Source: Phoronis australis
Lineage: Eukaryota; Animalia; Phoronida
Assembly (NCBI GenBank): GCA_002633005.1
Contig: NMRA01000083.1
Location: forward strand, 198,896-262,895
DNA: 64,000 nucleotides
Direction: 5' to 3'
In this document: piece after piece, positions 1 through 17,100 of the stretch
Layout of the letters: the number at the start of each line of letters is the position of its first letter
How positions within the stretch are numbered: position 1 is the stretch's first letter
Position numbers and translations under genes: made by a program
Notes under the pieces: model-generated
What the model saw: the letters and a program-made list of their open reading frames with translations, nothing else
What the model was told of the DNA's origin: nothing
The model's database searches: none

Positions 1-84
1 GTAGATGGAACGCAACAAGTTGAAATTTGTGTGTTGTCATTTTCAGCGTCAAAATCAATCTGGATGCCAAACAAATTAAATCTA

Positions 85-4481
<4,397 letters not shown>

Positions 4482-4862
4482 TGTTGAGTATGTGTGTAAA
4501 CTTATGTTGTACACTGACAATAGAGAGATGATTAAAAGTGACCAGTCTCTTAGTATGCTATTTTATTGCTACTACTAGACCGCTGTTATTGTGATATTTG
4601 TATCTTTTGTAAGTTATGATCCCCAGGTAACTAAATTAACTGCAATTAAAATTATTTTTATAGAACAAATCTGTCCAATACATAAATTTGCTTTTGTCTA
4701 TGCACATCACCTGATCAATCGGAAGAGGGGGACTGTTTTGTGTGGAAATCGGTCCAAGGAGAGAGAGAGAGAGGAAACACCCGTGTGTTCTTGATTTACG
4801 GATATACTTATTGAGGGGTAACTGAAATTTGTAGTATAAATCAAGTTTCAAAGAAGTGTGAA
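4482..4862. promoter_or_regulatory. Bidirectional promoter between SMARCB1 and PMVK
   Basis: Divergent start codons only 381 nt apart; ETS-like CGGAAG near 4720. Confidence 0.65.
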
Positions 4863-5462
4863 ATGTATGAAATTCCTCATCTTGTCGTTGTTTTTAGCGG
4901 TAAAAGGAAATCTGGGAAAGACTATGTAACTGACTTGATCCAACGGAAACTGGGCAACGAAGTGTGTGCCATCTTGAGGCTCTCTGGTCCCCTTAAAGGA
5001 CAATACGCAAAAGAACATGGACTCGACTTCAACAAACTTCTTGATGCTACAGAGTATAAGGAGAAATACAGAGCAAAAATGATCATATGGGGAGAGGAGA
5101 AACGCAATAGAGATCCATCGTTCTTCTGTCACTTGGCAACACAAGGTCTTGATGCTTCCAGACCTGTCTGGCTAATCAGTGACGCAAGGCGGGTCACAGA
5201 CATGGAGTACTTCATCAGCGCATATGGCTGTAAGACACTTAAAGTGCGTGTTGTTGCAGAAGAAGATGTGAGGCAGGGACGGGGATGGAAGTTTGCAGAT
5301 GGTGTAGATAATGCTGAGTCCGAGTGTGGTCTGGATAAGTGGCCTGATTGGGACTATGTGGTGGAGAATAATGGAGACAATGAGCTGCTGTCAATCACTG
5401 TGGACTCTATCATCCAGCGTTTATCGAACAACTTGAGCTTACCCTCGAATACCCATAGATAA
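4863..5462 (+). CDS. PMVK: Phosphomevalonate kinase (animal type), single coding exon, 199 aa
   Basis: P-loop FSGKRKSGKDY, RLSGPLK..YA, YKE.YR..MI.WGEEKR..DP.FFC, ISDARR..D and R..RGW.F..GVD.AESECGLD motifs typical of animal PMVK. Confidence 0.96.
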   Translation: MYEIPHLVVVFSGKRKSGKDYVTDLIQRKLGNEVCAILRLSGPLKGQYAKEHGLDFNKLLDATEYKEKYRAKMIIWGEEKRNRDPSFFCHLATQGLDASRPVWLISDARRVTDMEYFISAYGCKTLKVRVVAEEDVRQGRGWKFADGVDNAESECGLDKWPDWDYVVENNGDNELLSITVDSIIQRLSNNLSLPSNTHR

Positions 5463-8400
5463 ATGACATTCCAATGAAACTGAAGTTACTAACTCATAAC
5501 CAGCAAGCCTAAACTGAAGCATTCTTCATTAGAATTGCACGATTGCCACAAATGATGAACTTGAAGCATCTTAAGATGACCTTAGGGTCACCTTACCATC
5601 ACCGCAACATCAAATAACGGTGCTTCTTCATGTTCTGCGATTTCCAGTGTGACAAACGCAATTGTCTATGAATTCCCAAAAACATTGTAAAAATGAAATT
5701 AAATGAATTCTTCCACACCAAACATATTTACGATCACCTTAGTATTTTTCTACCAGTTTTAACAGCTAGGCAGCCTGTACATATCTTATACAATTCTATG
5801 TAATTTATTTGACTATAAAACTTACTAATGCATGTCTTTTTAGACAAAATATGTAACAGCAATAACCTGAATAGGTTAACCATTATTACTCACATATGAT
5901 GTGACAAGAAGTCACATTTGTAAAAAGATAAATAAAAATTTTGTTATTTTTAAACAACTTAAATAGAAAAAAATTGGTTGAAGGTATCTTTAAGGGGGAT
6001 AATATAAAAACTGTTAATGTAGCATACAGTTCATTCCCTACAGGTAATGATGTCATGCTATTCATAATGAACATAAAATTTCTCAGGTGTCCTAGCAACA
6101 TGATTGTGACATTATAAATTCACATGCTGAGTCATAGAAATGAAGCTCTGTTGGCGAGAATGGCATTTGCATGCACGCTTTCAACTATAAACAGGTAATT
6201 TGATTGACGTAGCACAATTACACGACCCAAAAACTTGGCAGTCGCAATGGAATTCAAATGCCACAAGACTAATTTTACGCAACTAAAGTCAATACCTATT
6301 CATAAACTTGTTGCTGGGCCTAGCTAGGTGGCCACTGTATTCTCACTTCTGAAGATGGTGTTGAATAAATGACACCGAAACATGTCAAGTCTTAAAATCG
6401 TTGTTTTCTTTAATATTGATAAAGTCGTCAAGAGAATGCGATTTATCCTTGCATGTGGTCTTTCATCAGTAAGCAACTGTTTTTCCGAGCTGCATATGTG
6501 CCTCAGCTCAGCAGTTAGGCGCAGCTTCACAACTAGGGGCATGGGCTGGATTGCTGGGTTTTGCACACACATTTAAACCAAGAAATTCTTGGAAAATGCA
6601 TTAGTTCGGATGCAGGTGCATGGGCCTGTAAATGTGGATACATGATAATAAAACATTAATGATGATAACATATTAAAATAGAAATAACACGCATAATACT
6701 GATAATTATATAACAGTCTAAATAACAGTAATAAAAAATGAGAACATGAATAATAATAGAAACAATAACATACTCCACAATAGTATTAATTTTCATATAA
6801 ACAATGACAAAATCTACAACTATATGTTCTTTATAAGTGTTTTAAATTGTCTCTACAGATGAGCTGGTGGCAAACATGCAAAGACTTTACTTGTGCTTTG
6901 TCTCTGTTGGACTGCTACCCCCTGACAAGAACAAAACAATGCGTCCTATCATGTATGTCGTTCGTGAAGTGAACTACAGAAAACACCTATTCTATCAGAG
7001 CCAATTAATCGCCGTTTGGTTAGTAGTAACATCCAAGCTATACGCTCTGTCTTGTTGCGTTGCAAAGAAAAAATGCACTTAGAACTATAAATACCACTCC
7101 AGTCGAGATCTGCAAAGAAATACTGTCGTACGTGTACGAGTTTGGTTCGCGAGGGCTATTTTTATTCATGGGAATTCCTCCTTGAATTATGGGTAGGGGA
7201 CTATACAGGTTATTAGGCGAGGGGCAGGGAGACGGGGGGAGGGGAGAAATTTGCCCTTCGGATTCGGACAATGAATTACGGAAAATTCGGGCGAACAAGG
7301 AAACAATCGAGCATCCAATGAAAGAATATGGGAGAGATCGTAGATATAACTGGCGGCACCGACTTAACGAGGGAGGATCTGATAAAACTGTTGGAGACCG
7401 CATATGAAACGGATGGCGATGAGCCGGATGAAACACGTATAGTTTCATAAATAATTATTCAAGCGAGAACGATTAAATTTGAAAAATATTGGAAAACAAA
7501 TTAATATAGGTATGGAGCAGACCAAAATTTCGTCTTCTAGGCAGGACAACATGAATTCAAACATTTTAATATGCTTCGGCCATCATCTCAAAAGACGTAA
7601 TGCAATTTTAGGCCCGATGACCGGAAAACGGGAGGTGTATCAGAAAAAGTGTGGTTCCGCGACCAGGAAATTGAAAGCGCTGAGAGACCAAGAAATCAAA
7701 CAACTGTGATATTTTATGAAAAGAGTCATTAAAAGTAGCACCAGCGAAGCAGAAGTAAGTTCATGTAAGCTATGCCATTTAAAGAAAGAGAACCCATGAG
7801 GAGAATTTCTATTCACACTGGTAACCGCTCAGATTCCCTCAGCCCCATGATGCCTATTCAGTTCGCTCTTTGTATTGATGTAGATCTGAGCTAATGAAAC
7901 GGAAAGGTAATAGCTAGCACTGTCTCAACAATGATGGTTGTTATTACGCCCAAATTGGTTTTCTCTGGCATTTACACAGAGATAAAGCCTGCAACTGTAG
8001 AGGGTAGGTTTAACTTCGTACATTTTGAAATATTACAAAATGACTAAAAAGTTAATTTGATGTGTTTATATTAACTGAGGACCACTTCCTAAAGGAAAGA
8101 TATGTTTCATACCGGTTTTAATACTCCTGTCTAAATGTTTTTTTACCGGAAAGGGGTTGACATCTTTTTATTTTATTTTTAAACTTGAAGTAGGCCTACC
8201 AAAACAGTGGTAGATTTTGATTGTCAGCGAAGCTTAATTAGTTTAGTTAATTGAACTTTCCTGATTTCATAGCGTGCCATTAGTTCAAGTTTAATCTTAT
8301 TAGAACTCAAATCATAACATGTATACAAAAGTACAAATGATGGTGATAGCGAAACTGAAGACTTGGAATTTCTCGACAATTTCTTTTTGCACTGACTGCA

Positions 8401-10294
8401 TAACTATTGTCATAGCTGTTTGTCAGTCATAAAAAATGAAGAGTGGGTAAAAGTTTAATGCAACTGTTTCCTAGTCTAAAATCTGGTTATAGCCCTCAGC
8501 CCCCTATTGAGCGCCGCCGATGTAAAAGAGATTGAAAAACTATTAATAAACAATCCATGTGATATTGTTCACTTTGATTAGCATTTGTAAATCCACCGAT
8601 TATATCAATACACACGGTCGTTTATCTTCAATAGTACCCAATGTTTTTAGTCTTTAGCTTATTAGTTCATCGATTTTAAAAATCAAAAAACCTTACTTCA
8701 TTGGCTGTTTTTGCAGCTGAATACCACCGTGGTGTTGGTTTTGACGAAAATTATTGGTTAATGCATTTTCAAAATTTGACATTATGTACCGGCACAGATG
8801 TTTACTACAGTTTATAGACGAGCAATTTTACTTAATTGGGTCTTGCTGGCACCGCACAATGCAGTCATCACAACTGTATCCGACTGCGGCGCCGCGCTCT
8901 CTTTAATCCTAGTAAAAGCTGCTCAGAAGGACGAGCGGTAAAAATTCGGGCATATCTTTAGAAATGCGTAACTTCCTTATACTCATCTCTACTCTCCTCT
9001 GCTCTCCTCTACTCACCAGAAAATTTACAGATCTCTCACTTTGATGTATCCCATTTTTCAGCATAATCAAGTCAAAGAGTTTAAAATGCACTGAGAGTGG
9101 CTTTAATAAAGCGTTTATTTATCAATAAATCCAATTCATGGGTTAAAGACGTGTTTACACACGAGTTTTCAGTAAAACCATATAATTATCCGTCTTTATT
9201 CAATTACTACAAATACCAAGAAATTAAAAAATACAGCCTTCTTTTCACCCTGCCCATAAGCCCTTATTTGACAATGTTTAAATAAAATATTTTTTCAAAG
9301 TCAAGTCCAATACATGTAGTATATACGTTCAGTGCTATATTTATATGCCATCGAGACATGGGTGTCAAACATGTTTTATTAATTTTATCCTGTTTGAGAT
9401 AGTTAACGTTATTGTACTTGACTGTACCTTAGATCAGTGGAGATTTTTGCGGACTTCCCTATTAAATGAATAAAATAATGGATCCTTTCGCACGAATGCT
9501 GGTATTTTTTAATCATTTCTTCGTCTTATTATAATTAAATTGACTGTTTTTTTACGTAGGTAACCCCCCCCCCTTCGTCAAACCCAATTTTATAATAATC
9601 CCTTGTCAATTATACGCCCAGTTACTATATGAGTTCCATTTCAAAATACTTATTTCTATTGTTACTTATTCGTATTTCATTGAAGACACGACTTTGATCT
9701 GTTTCTATTATTTTAATTTCAGTTCTTTCCAACTCTCTAAATAGAGATCTTGTCTTACTGTAAGGATATATAGCTGGGATAACCCAGCCTCAGCCGTATT
9801 CACTAAAAATGTGATTTCTGGCTAAATAATTGTATTGGTAACTCAGAAAATAAGTCCTCAGCAGAATGAAGCGGGGTTGCTAGCGCAGCCGGCACATCCT
9901 CAGCAGGCTCGTGCCGGCCAAGTTGCCAGCGAATTGTTCTTTTCAGTTAAGTCTTATGGGCCCTTGGTGACATGGCAGTCCTGATAAAATAATATTTACA
10001 TGGAGGAGAACGAACCTGGTTAAGAGAGCGCAGCTAGATTCTTTTCTTATTTCCGAGGAGATGTTTAACATGATAGAATATGGGAAAATAACAAGGAGAA
10101 AGCACAGATCATTCCTCTGTCGCATTTGGATTAAATTTTTCTTTGGCTTCTTCTTCGGTGTTTCCGGCCATGTAGTTTTGATGGTCAGTCCGGTCTTCAG
10201 GGCAAAGTCTGCGGTTCGCCGCAATGACGCTGTCGGGCCCCATCGTTTTATTTAGAGTTCCACCGGACTGAGCCTTTGACGAATTAACCACTCT

Positions 10295-10790
10295 TTTCTT
10301 AAAGACACCTAGTTCGTGAAATCAGTCAAAAATGAAATCAAGGAAACCAAATCAGAATACGCTGCCATGCCTTATGAAGAGAGCAAGTTTTATGATTGCA
10401 GATAACGAACTGAATTTAAGTATAGTCGATTTTTTAATATTCGCAATAAAACTATTCAGTTTAGTAAAAAGAAAAACAGAGATACCGATAGCGGCATGAA
10501 AAGTTTAGAAAAAAACAAATAAAATATGCTATTGGAATTGATCGAAAACAAGTATTGACCCGTTTTTGAAGAAATAGTTAAACAATATTCGATGGAATTA
10601 CATGACCTACGCGCGAGAAGATATTATGAAAGGAGCAATATTAATAGAACACGAGCACGGTGTTGTGAACCTGGTGAGAAACTATCGAAACACTCCAGTT
10701 TAGAAAAGGAGCAGAAACATAAAAAGATTTCATTGATTCGAATGGAGAAGCGAGTACAGATCCAGGTCATTGGAAATAAGGATTTTTTAC
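10295..10790 (+). mobile_element. Degenerate L1/Tx1-type LINE ORF2 fragment (post-endonuclease linker)
   Basis: Frame-disrupted translation FLKD..FVKSVKNEIKETKSEYA...IRNKTIQFSKKK...RTRARCCEPGEKLSKH.SLEK resembles the RSRA.W.E.GEK.SKYF.NLEK motif of L1/Tx1 ORF2. Confidence 0.65.
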
Positions 10791-11505
10791 AAGTTGCTGT
10801 ATAAACGTGGAGATCATCAGTTAAATGGTGTTAGCATGTATAGTTTAGTTAGCGATGATAATGCTGTTCAGAAATAAGTACCGCACGCAGGTTATTGTTA
10901 GACGGGCCATTGCTTCGTTTAGTGGGAATGTTCAAAATAGTAATATTTTTTTTTGTATTTGCGCTGGATACGATGCACACAGTAGGTGAGGATGAACGCG
11001 TCACGTTGCTCTTGTTATAACTGGCGTTAATTATTAGCATCTCACGTGAATCTATACATAGGGCCTAGCCGCCTCGTAAGTTATTCGTGACATAGTATCA
11101 TTGGTCTCTCATTACTCTCAAACACTAGAATGTATGGGTTACGCGCTGGGGTTGGCATTCTAGTCTTACAATTATTTATTTAGGAAGTACTAGGCTCACT
11201 TTCTATAGATAGATATTAAACAAAGTGAATTCGAGTAAGGCTACCGGCTACGATGATATCTTGTCTTGTTCTCTGAAGGATGGACTTTCGGTAAAATCAA
11301 AACCCACGATTCCAATTTTTAATAATTTAGAGTAAATTCCAGGACATTGTCTTCTCAAAAACACCTATTGAAAATATTGAGAATTATCTCTTAGTAAACG
11401 ATCCTGTGATGATATTTTCGAGAGCTGTCAAACTTCTTGGTGTTTTTACGGATGAAAAATTAACCTTCATGTAACATATTTAACACATTTTTAAAAAAAG
11501 TGTCA

Positions 11506-12637
11506 CTTAGCAGGTATGTGTTCTCTGAGTAGATATGTGTTCTCTAAGCAGGTATGTGTTCTCTAAGCAGGTATGTGTTCTTTGAGTAGGTATGTGTTCT
11601 CTAAGCAGGTATGTGTTCTCTAAGCAGGTATGTGTTCTCTAAGCAGGTATGTGTTCTTTTAGCTGGTAGGTGCTCTCTAAGCAGGTATGTGTTCTATAAG
11701 CTGGTATGTGTTCTCTAAGCAGGTATGTGTTCTTTAAGCAGGTATGTGTTCTCTAAGCAGGTATGTGTTCTCTAAGCAGGTATGTGTTCTCTAAGCAGGT
11801 ATGTGTTCTTTTAGCTGGTAGGTGCTCTCTAAGCAGGTATGTGTTCTATAAGCTGGTATGTGTTCTCTAAGCAGGTATGTGTTCTTTAAGCNNNNNNNNN
11901 NNNNNNNNNNNNNNNNNNNNNNNNNNNNNNNNNNNNNNNNNNNNNNNNNNNNNNNNNNNNNNNNNNNNNNNNNNNNNNNNNNNNNNNNNNNNNNNNNNNN
12001 NNNNNNNNNNNNNNNNNNNNNNNNNNNNNNNNNNNNNNNNNNNNNNNNNNNNNNNNNNNNNNNNNNNNNNNNNNNNNNNNNNNNNNNNNNNNNNNNNNNN
12101 NNNNNNNNNNNNNNNNNNNNNNNNNNNNNNNNNNNNNNNNNNNNNNNNNNNNNNNNNNNNNNNNNNNNNNNNNNNNNNNNNNNNNNNNNNNNNNNNNNNN
12201 NNNNNNNNNNNNNNNNNNNNNNNNNNNNNNNNNNNNNNNNNNNNNNNNNNNNNNNNNNNNNNNNNNNNNNNNNNNNNNNNNNNNNNNNNNNNNNNNNNNN
12301 NNNNNNNNNNNNNNNNNNNNNNNNNNNNNNNNNNNNNNNNNNNNNNNNNNNNNNNNNNNNNNNNNNNNNNNNNNNNNNNNNNNNNNNNNNNNNNNNNNNN
12401 NNNNNNNNNNNNNNNNNNNNNNNNNNNNNNNNNNNNNNNNNNNNNNNNNNNNNNNNNNNNNNNNNNNNNNNNNNNNNNNNNNNNNNNNNNNNNNNNNNNN
12501 NNNNNNNNNNNNNNNNNNNNNTCTAAGCAGGTATGTGTTCTCTAAGCTGGTATGTGTTCTCTAAGCTGGTATGTGTTCTATAAAGTGGTATGTGTTCTCT
12601 AAGCAGGTATGTGTTCTCTAAGCTGGTATGTGTTCTC
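11506..12637. repeat. 19-bp minisatellite (CTAAGCAGGTATGTGTTCT)n spanning the assembly gap
   Basis: About 20 copies left of the N run and about 6 copies right of it. Confidence 0.97.
11892..12521. other. Assembly gap (630 N)
   Basis: Run of N flanked on both sides by the same 19-bp repeat. Confidence 1.
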
Positions 12638-14084
12638 TTCCGTCTTCGTCACCTTTCGGAGATATCTTCCAAGCTCATGATTTTTCACGCGTATGTAAAA
12701 TCCTATTTTATCACTGGTCTTTGGTTTAGTTTAATTGTGGAATCCAACTTGGCAAGCTTATTCAGAAAGCATTGTGATATTTACACATCGACTATTCACC
12801 TTATTGTCCTTTGTTACTAAACCTGACCAAATGTGAAACACTCGTGAATGTTGGATTTAAAAACCTATGTATAAAAGTTTTTAAGCATGTAAACAGCCTT
12901 GGTCCATGTAGATTAGGAAACTCCTTCGATCTTAAAATTACTCGCCACCTGAAATTTGCAAAAAAGGCCACCTAAAAGTTCGAAAATTTTCCAAAAGTAC
13001 ACGTCTGGGGTGATTTTCTGTAATTGTTAGCATGTTTCGAAAATCTGTTGGATTTTTCTGTAAGCGTGGTATGAAGGGAAGTTTTTAACGCACTAATCTA
13101 AATTACGTGTTTGCTCGAGTGCCAAATCGTATGGACGAATGAAATTCTTACTTGTTAGATACAACAACATACAGTAAAAAGGACGTGTTTATTTGAAAAA
13201 ACTTCTCAAATAATGCTTGTTTAACAAAAACTGCATCACAAAATATTTGACTCAATTTCCGAAAATACGCCTCCCTTTTACGAAAATACGCTCGTACCTA
13301 TATACTCGTTTTCATTTGACATTTTTGAAAGGTCATATTCTGAATATCCACCCTTGGGCCTATATTCGGAAATTCCCAGTACGACCTACGAAATAATACC
13401 CGACGTCAGCCCCAAAATATACTGAGGGCAGAATTGCGCTCAAACTCGGAGTAAAATTATGGTACAATTTGTCTAACTACTTAAGTCATTTTTATGAATT
13501 GAAGGAGTTCTCTTAGGCTGTCTGATACTTTACAAGGATTTTTGAATTTAGCAGCTGTAGTCAAATTTGCAGAATGCTACCATAACTGTCACTTTTATGA
13601 GCTTCTAAATCATAAGTACTCATACACACTGTCAGGCCAACTTTTTAATAGGTCTCCCGCGCCAGTAAACCGCTTGTATGAAATGTTTTTGTATATTTGT
13701 AAATAGTTTTTAAATTATTTAGAAATCAATTTGTCGGTAACCAGCACGTGTGCTTATGTTTTATAGGTTGTATCTTGATCCGACTTGAACGGTTGTTTGC
13801 ATACTTTACTTACCATTTTCTTACATACTTATGAACTAGGAATGTAAAAAGCAATGTACAGCTGAGATGAAATTAAAATACGAATAATTGTCAAGCATCA
13901 TCAGACAAAACGAAGTTAAAAATTGAAGGAAAATGCATAGTCAACAAATATTTGGACTTGCACCAAAAAGGTTAGGGTGTCGGCGTTAGCTGTTACAGCG
14001 ATCACGACATCTAGCGTCCCGGCGTGAGGTTCATCCACGTAAAGTTGTTGTTGTCAGCTGTGAGTTGACCCAAATTTCACCTGA

Positions 14085-14094
14085 GTGACGTCAC
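14085..14094. promoter_or_regulatory. Palindromic CRE/ATF site upstream of the SGLT start codon
   Basis: GTGACGTCAC about 60 nt upstream of ATG 14152 in a CpG-richer segment. Motif match only. Confidence 0.4.
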
Positions 14095-14151
14095 AGGTTG
14101 TTTGCCGATGTGCGCCTGTTGAGTAGTGCAGTCCACAGAACGTCCTAAAAT

Positions 14152-17100
14152 ATGGCAGACGTAACGACAGCGGCCCCTTCGCCCTCGGACGGCGCCTCAA
14201 CCGTTGAAGGAACAGAGCTCCATTGGGCTGATATTCTAATCATCGTCTTATATTTTGTGGCCGTCATAGGAGTCGGATTAGCGGCAAGTGCATCTCTTAA
14301 TTTTTTTCGTTTTAACGCTCTTGTTGCGAGTCGGATGCTGAGATTGCCGGTGCCTTTGTTCATGCTAAGTAGTTGGGCAACTCAAATTTCAGTTCTCAGG
14401 ATCACAATTACAGTCTATGAGCATCTTTTTAAAAAAAAGTCCTTAGACTAGCTGTGATTAGGCATGATTCTGTCAATCACCAAATGCTTCACATTAGCGA
14501 CCGGGATTGGGGCAGTGCGTGTAGGGGTTAGGGCTTCCCACAACTGGACGGATACTCATTCTAGGAATGCTTGAACTCTCAAGATCGCGTATGCGTGAAC
14601 TTATCGTACCATAGGAAACTTATGTTCAAGTTATAATAAGTGGCCAATATATTTTTTGACAGAAAGCCCATGCAGCTTTTATGCCGATTCAAATGCAAAA
14701 CTGTAAAAAATAAAAAATGACCATGATAGCACTTTAAAAATGTAAGGAACATTTCTTTCGCTGAAGGTGTCATTCCGAAGTTAGCAGTTAGGCCTAACAT
14801 TTTTAGTACTTCAGTGATCCCAGCTTTTTGCACTTTGGCATTCAGGTTATCTGCCATGTATTCTGATGTCAGAAATAGCAAGCTTTAATCTGCCACCAGT
14901 TAAGAAATTCACTAAGATGAGAAAAGCATAAATGAAGAAGTTGTCACTCTTCTGAATATTTGGACTATTTGCCTGCAAGAATTTCATTTCAGTTCTTCAC
15001 TACCAATGGCCCGTTCAAGCTAGCCGTTCTTTGGACAGACTTATAATTCCAATGATTGGGTTTATTGCTCCAGTGGAGTCATTTCATGTGCCAAATGCAT
15101 TTTTATAGAGCCTCCGGATATGGGGTTTAAACCTCACAACCCCCGCTATAGATCCACCACTGAAAGTGACTGAGCTGGGGAGAGGAATCCAGTGGCTGGT
15201 TGCATGAAACAGTCCTAAATGGGACTCAACAAAGTTCCCTATATCTATTTGCGTGTTTGGTTCGTCCTTTACTAACAGATCTGTGTATTAATTAATTATT
15301 TTACTATCATTTTATCTTTATCATGAACTCCTCTTTGATTAATGACATTTTCTAATGATTAACTAAAACCTGAGCTTACTCTCAATTTGTATCAAAGCCA
15401 AGAATTTGCATAGTAATGAAAGGACAATCGGTGTTTTCACGAGTCCGCATTAGATTTAGGGAACTTAGTTGAGACTCTATGTGGGACTGTTTCATGCAAC
15501 CGGGCACAGACCCCTCTGGATCCATAGGCACGCCTTTGAAGAATGAACTTAAGGTTATGGAATGAGCTTATCAACAAGTCTATTTATTTTTCCAAAACTT
15601 TAGATTTTGAGTTATATGTCACATCTCTGGCACATTTTATTTTAGAAACTACACGTCATTGGTGTACTTAAAGTGCTGTATAATCTTTGAGATACTTACC
15701 ACTCTGTTTACTATTGAGTGCTAAAATCTGTGTTGTTTGTTATGCTTTACAGTCATCTTTGCGGAACAGAGGCAGCACAAGTGGTTACTTCTTGGCTGGA
15801 CGTAGTATGCACTGGATACCCGTAAGTAGACTATAGATTCATGTACAATTGCACCATGACACAATCCATTGTTGTCGACATGTCCATGGTGTTCTTGAGC
15901 ACAACCAGCACTTAAAGCCTTCTTCGACAGATTTTTTTTATTTTAGACAAACTGGATATATTGGACTCCCAGATAGTCCCAGCAACACTTAAGCAATACA
16001 TTTAAGAAAACATGATTAAAGACCTCAAACGTAAGTTCATCAAATGAGGCACGTGGTAGCCTTTTTACGTTATATTTTGTCACTGTGAGAACAGAGAATA
16101 CAGTAAAGAGCAGAAGGCTGGAAGGAGTTGTATTGAATAGGGGTCATGGTAACATGTACTAGTAAGTCAAAACCTTGTCATCCATCACATTTGACCTTTA
16201 GTGGTATTGTTGTGCTCAAAGTGATATTCAAAACACAATGTGGCAAGCATATCAGATGTTTTCTATTCTGTCCAAAACAGCCAGGCCTAACTGAACACTC
16301 CTCTGGGGATAAACCTGAAGTCGTTTTTATGCTCTTGGGAGTTTTCACTGTCACGTTGGCAATATCTGGCTGAATTTGTGTTGAATGAATGATAAACCAT
16401 ATCTCTTGTTTCTGGGTGGTGTCAGATATTGCTTATCTGAAAAATGAGTAAAAGATTACACACCTTACAGTGGTAGAAGACACTATAAGCTAGGTATTAT
16501 GTTTGAACTATATGCGCACCAAACATTTGGAGTTTCTCTTTATGAGAGGTTTCTTGATATTTTATAATATTGTTTAAATTACCCCCTCACATAAATATTT
16601 GTTTTTTACTTATTATTGAGGTGTGTACCAGGTGTTTTGGTGAATTGACAGATCTTCTGACTTCATTTTAACATTCGTGGAAATTTTAGTTTCCTATTGA
16701 GTACAGTAACCTCATTTTTCGTAACACAACTTTGTCACGATAGACCACGCTGAGCAGCCACCACACCTACTCCAGACGGTCAAAGTTCCTGAGCAAACTG
16801 CATACTTCGTTTTGTTAAGGAAAGTTTATTTACAAAAACTGTATGTAAACGTCAGCCATTTTGAATGTTTGCATTGCTCTCGTTGGTGAAATAATTGCCA
16901 TTTCTAAGGCCGACTGTAGACTTCTGACTTGAAACCTTGCCTAGACATGCCCACATTTTGTTAATTACGTTTATAATGACTTCTACTAGCTGGCATTCTT
17001 GCTGAATGCTGAGTACCACTAAACACTTTCTCGTTGGCTCAAAACATTCTTGCGGTTATTTTAGACACCTTGCTGTCTTTGATTCTCAAAATCACCAAAT

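Larger units (their letters stand above)
11200..12760 (+). mobile_element. Degenerate CR1/L2-type LINE RT fragments, interrupted by a minisatellite and the gap
   Basis: Fragments translate as VNSSKATGYDDI..SLKDG (~11225), AVKLLGVFTDEKLTF.*HI*HIFKK (~11425-11500) and, after the repeat, VCVLFRLRHLSEISSKLMIFHAYVKSYF. Confidence 0.65.

Noticed and set aside
7440-9300. Hints of transposase/LINE peptides (KVWFRDQ, RKLRIS, ALIKRLF..NSWV)
   Set aside because: Matches too short to assign a family by eye.
11858-12545. 222-aa ORFs in the track
   Set aside because: Artefacts of translating through the N gap.
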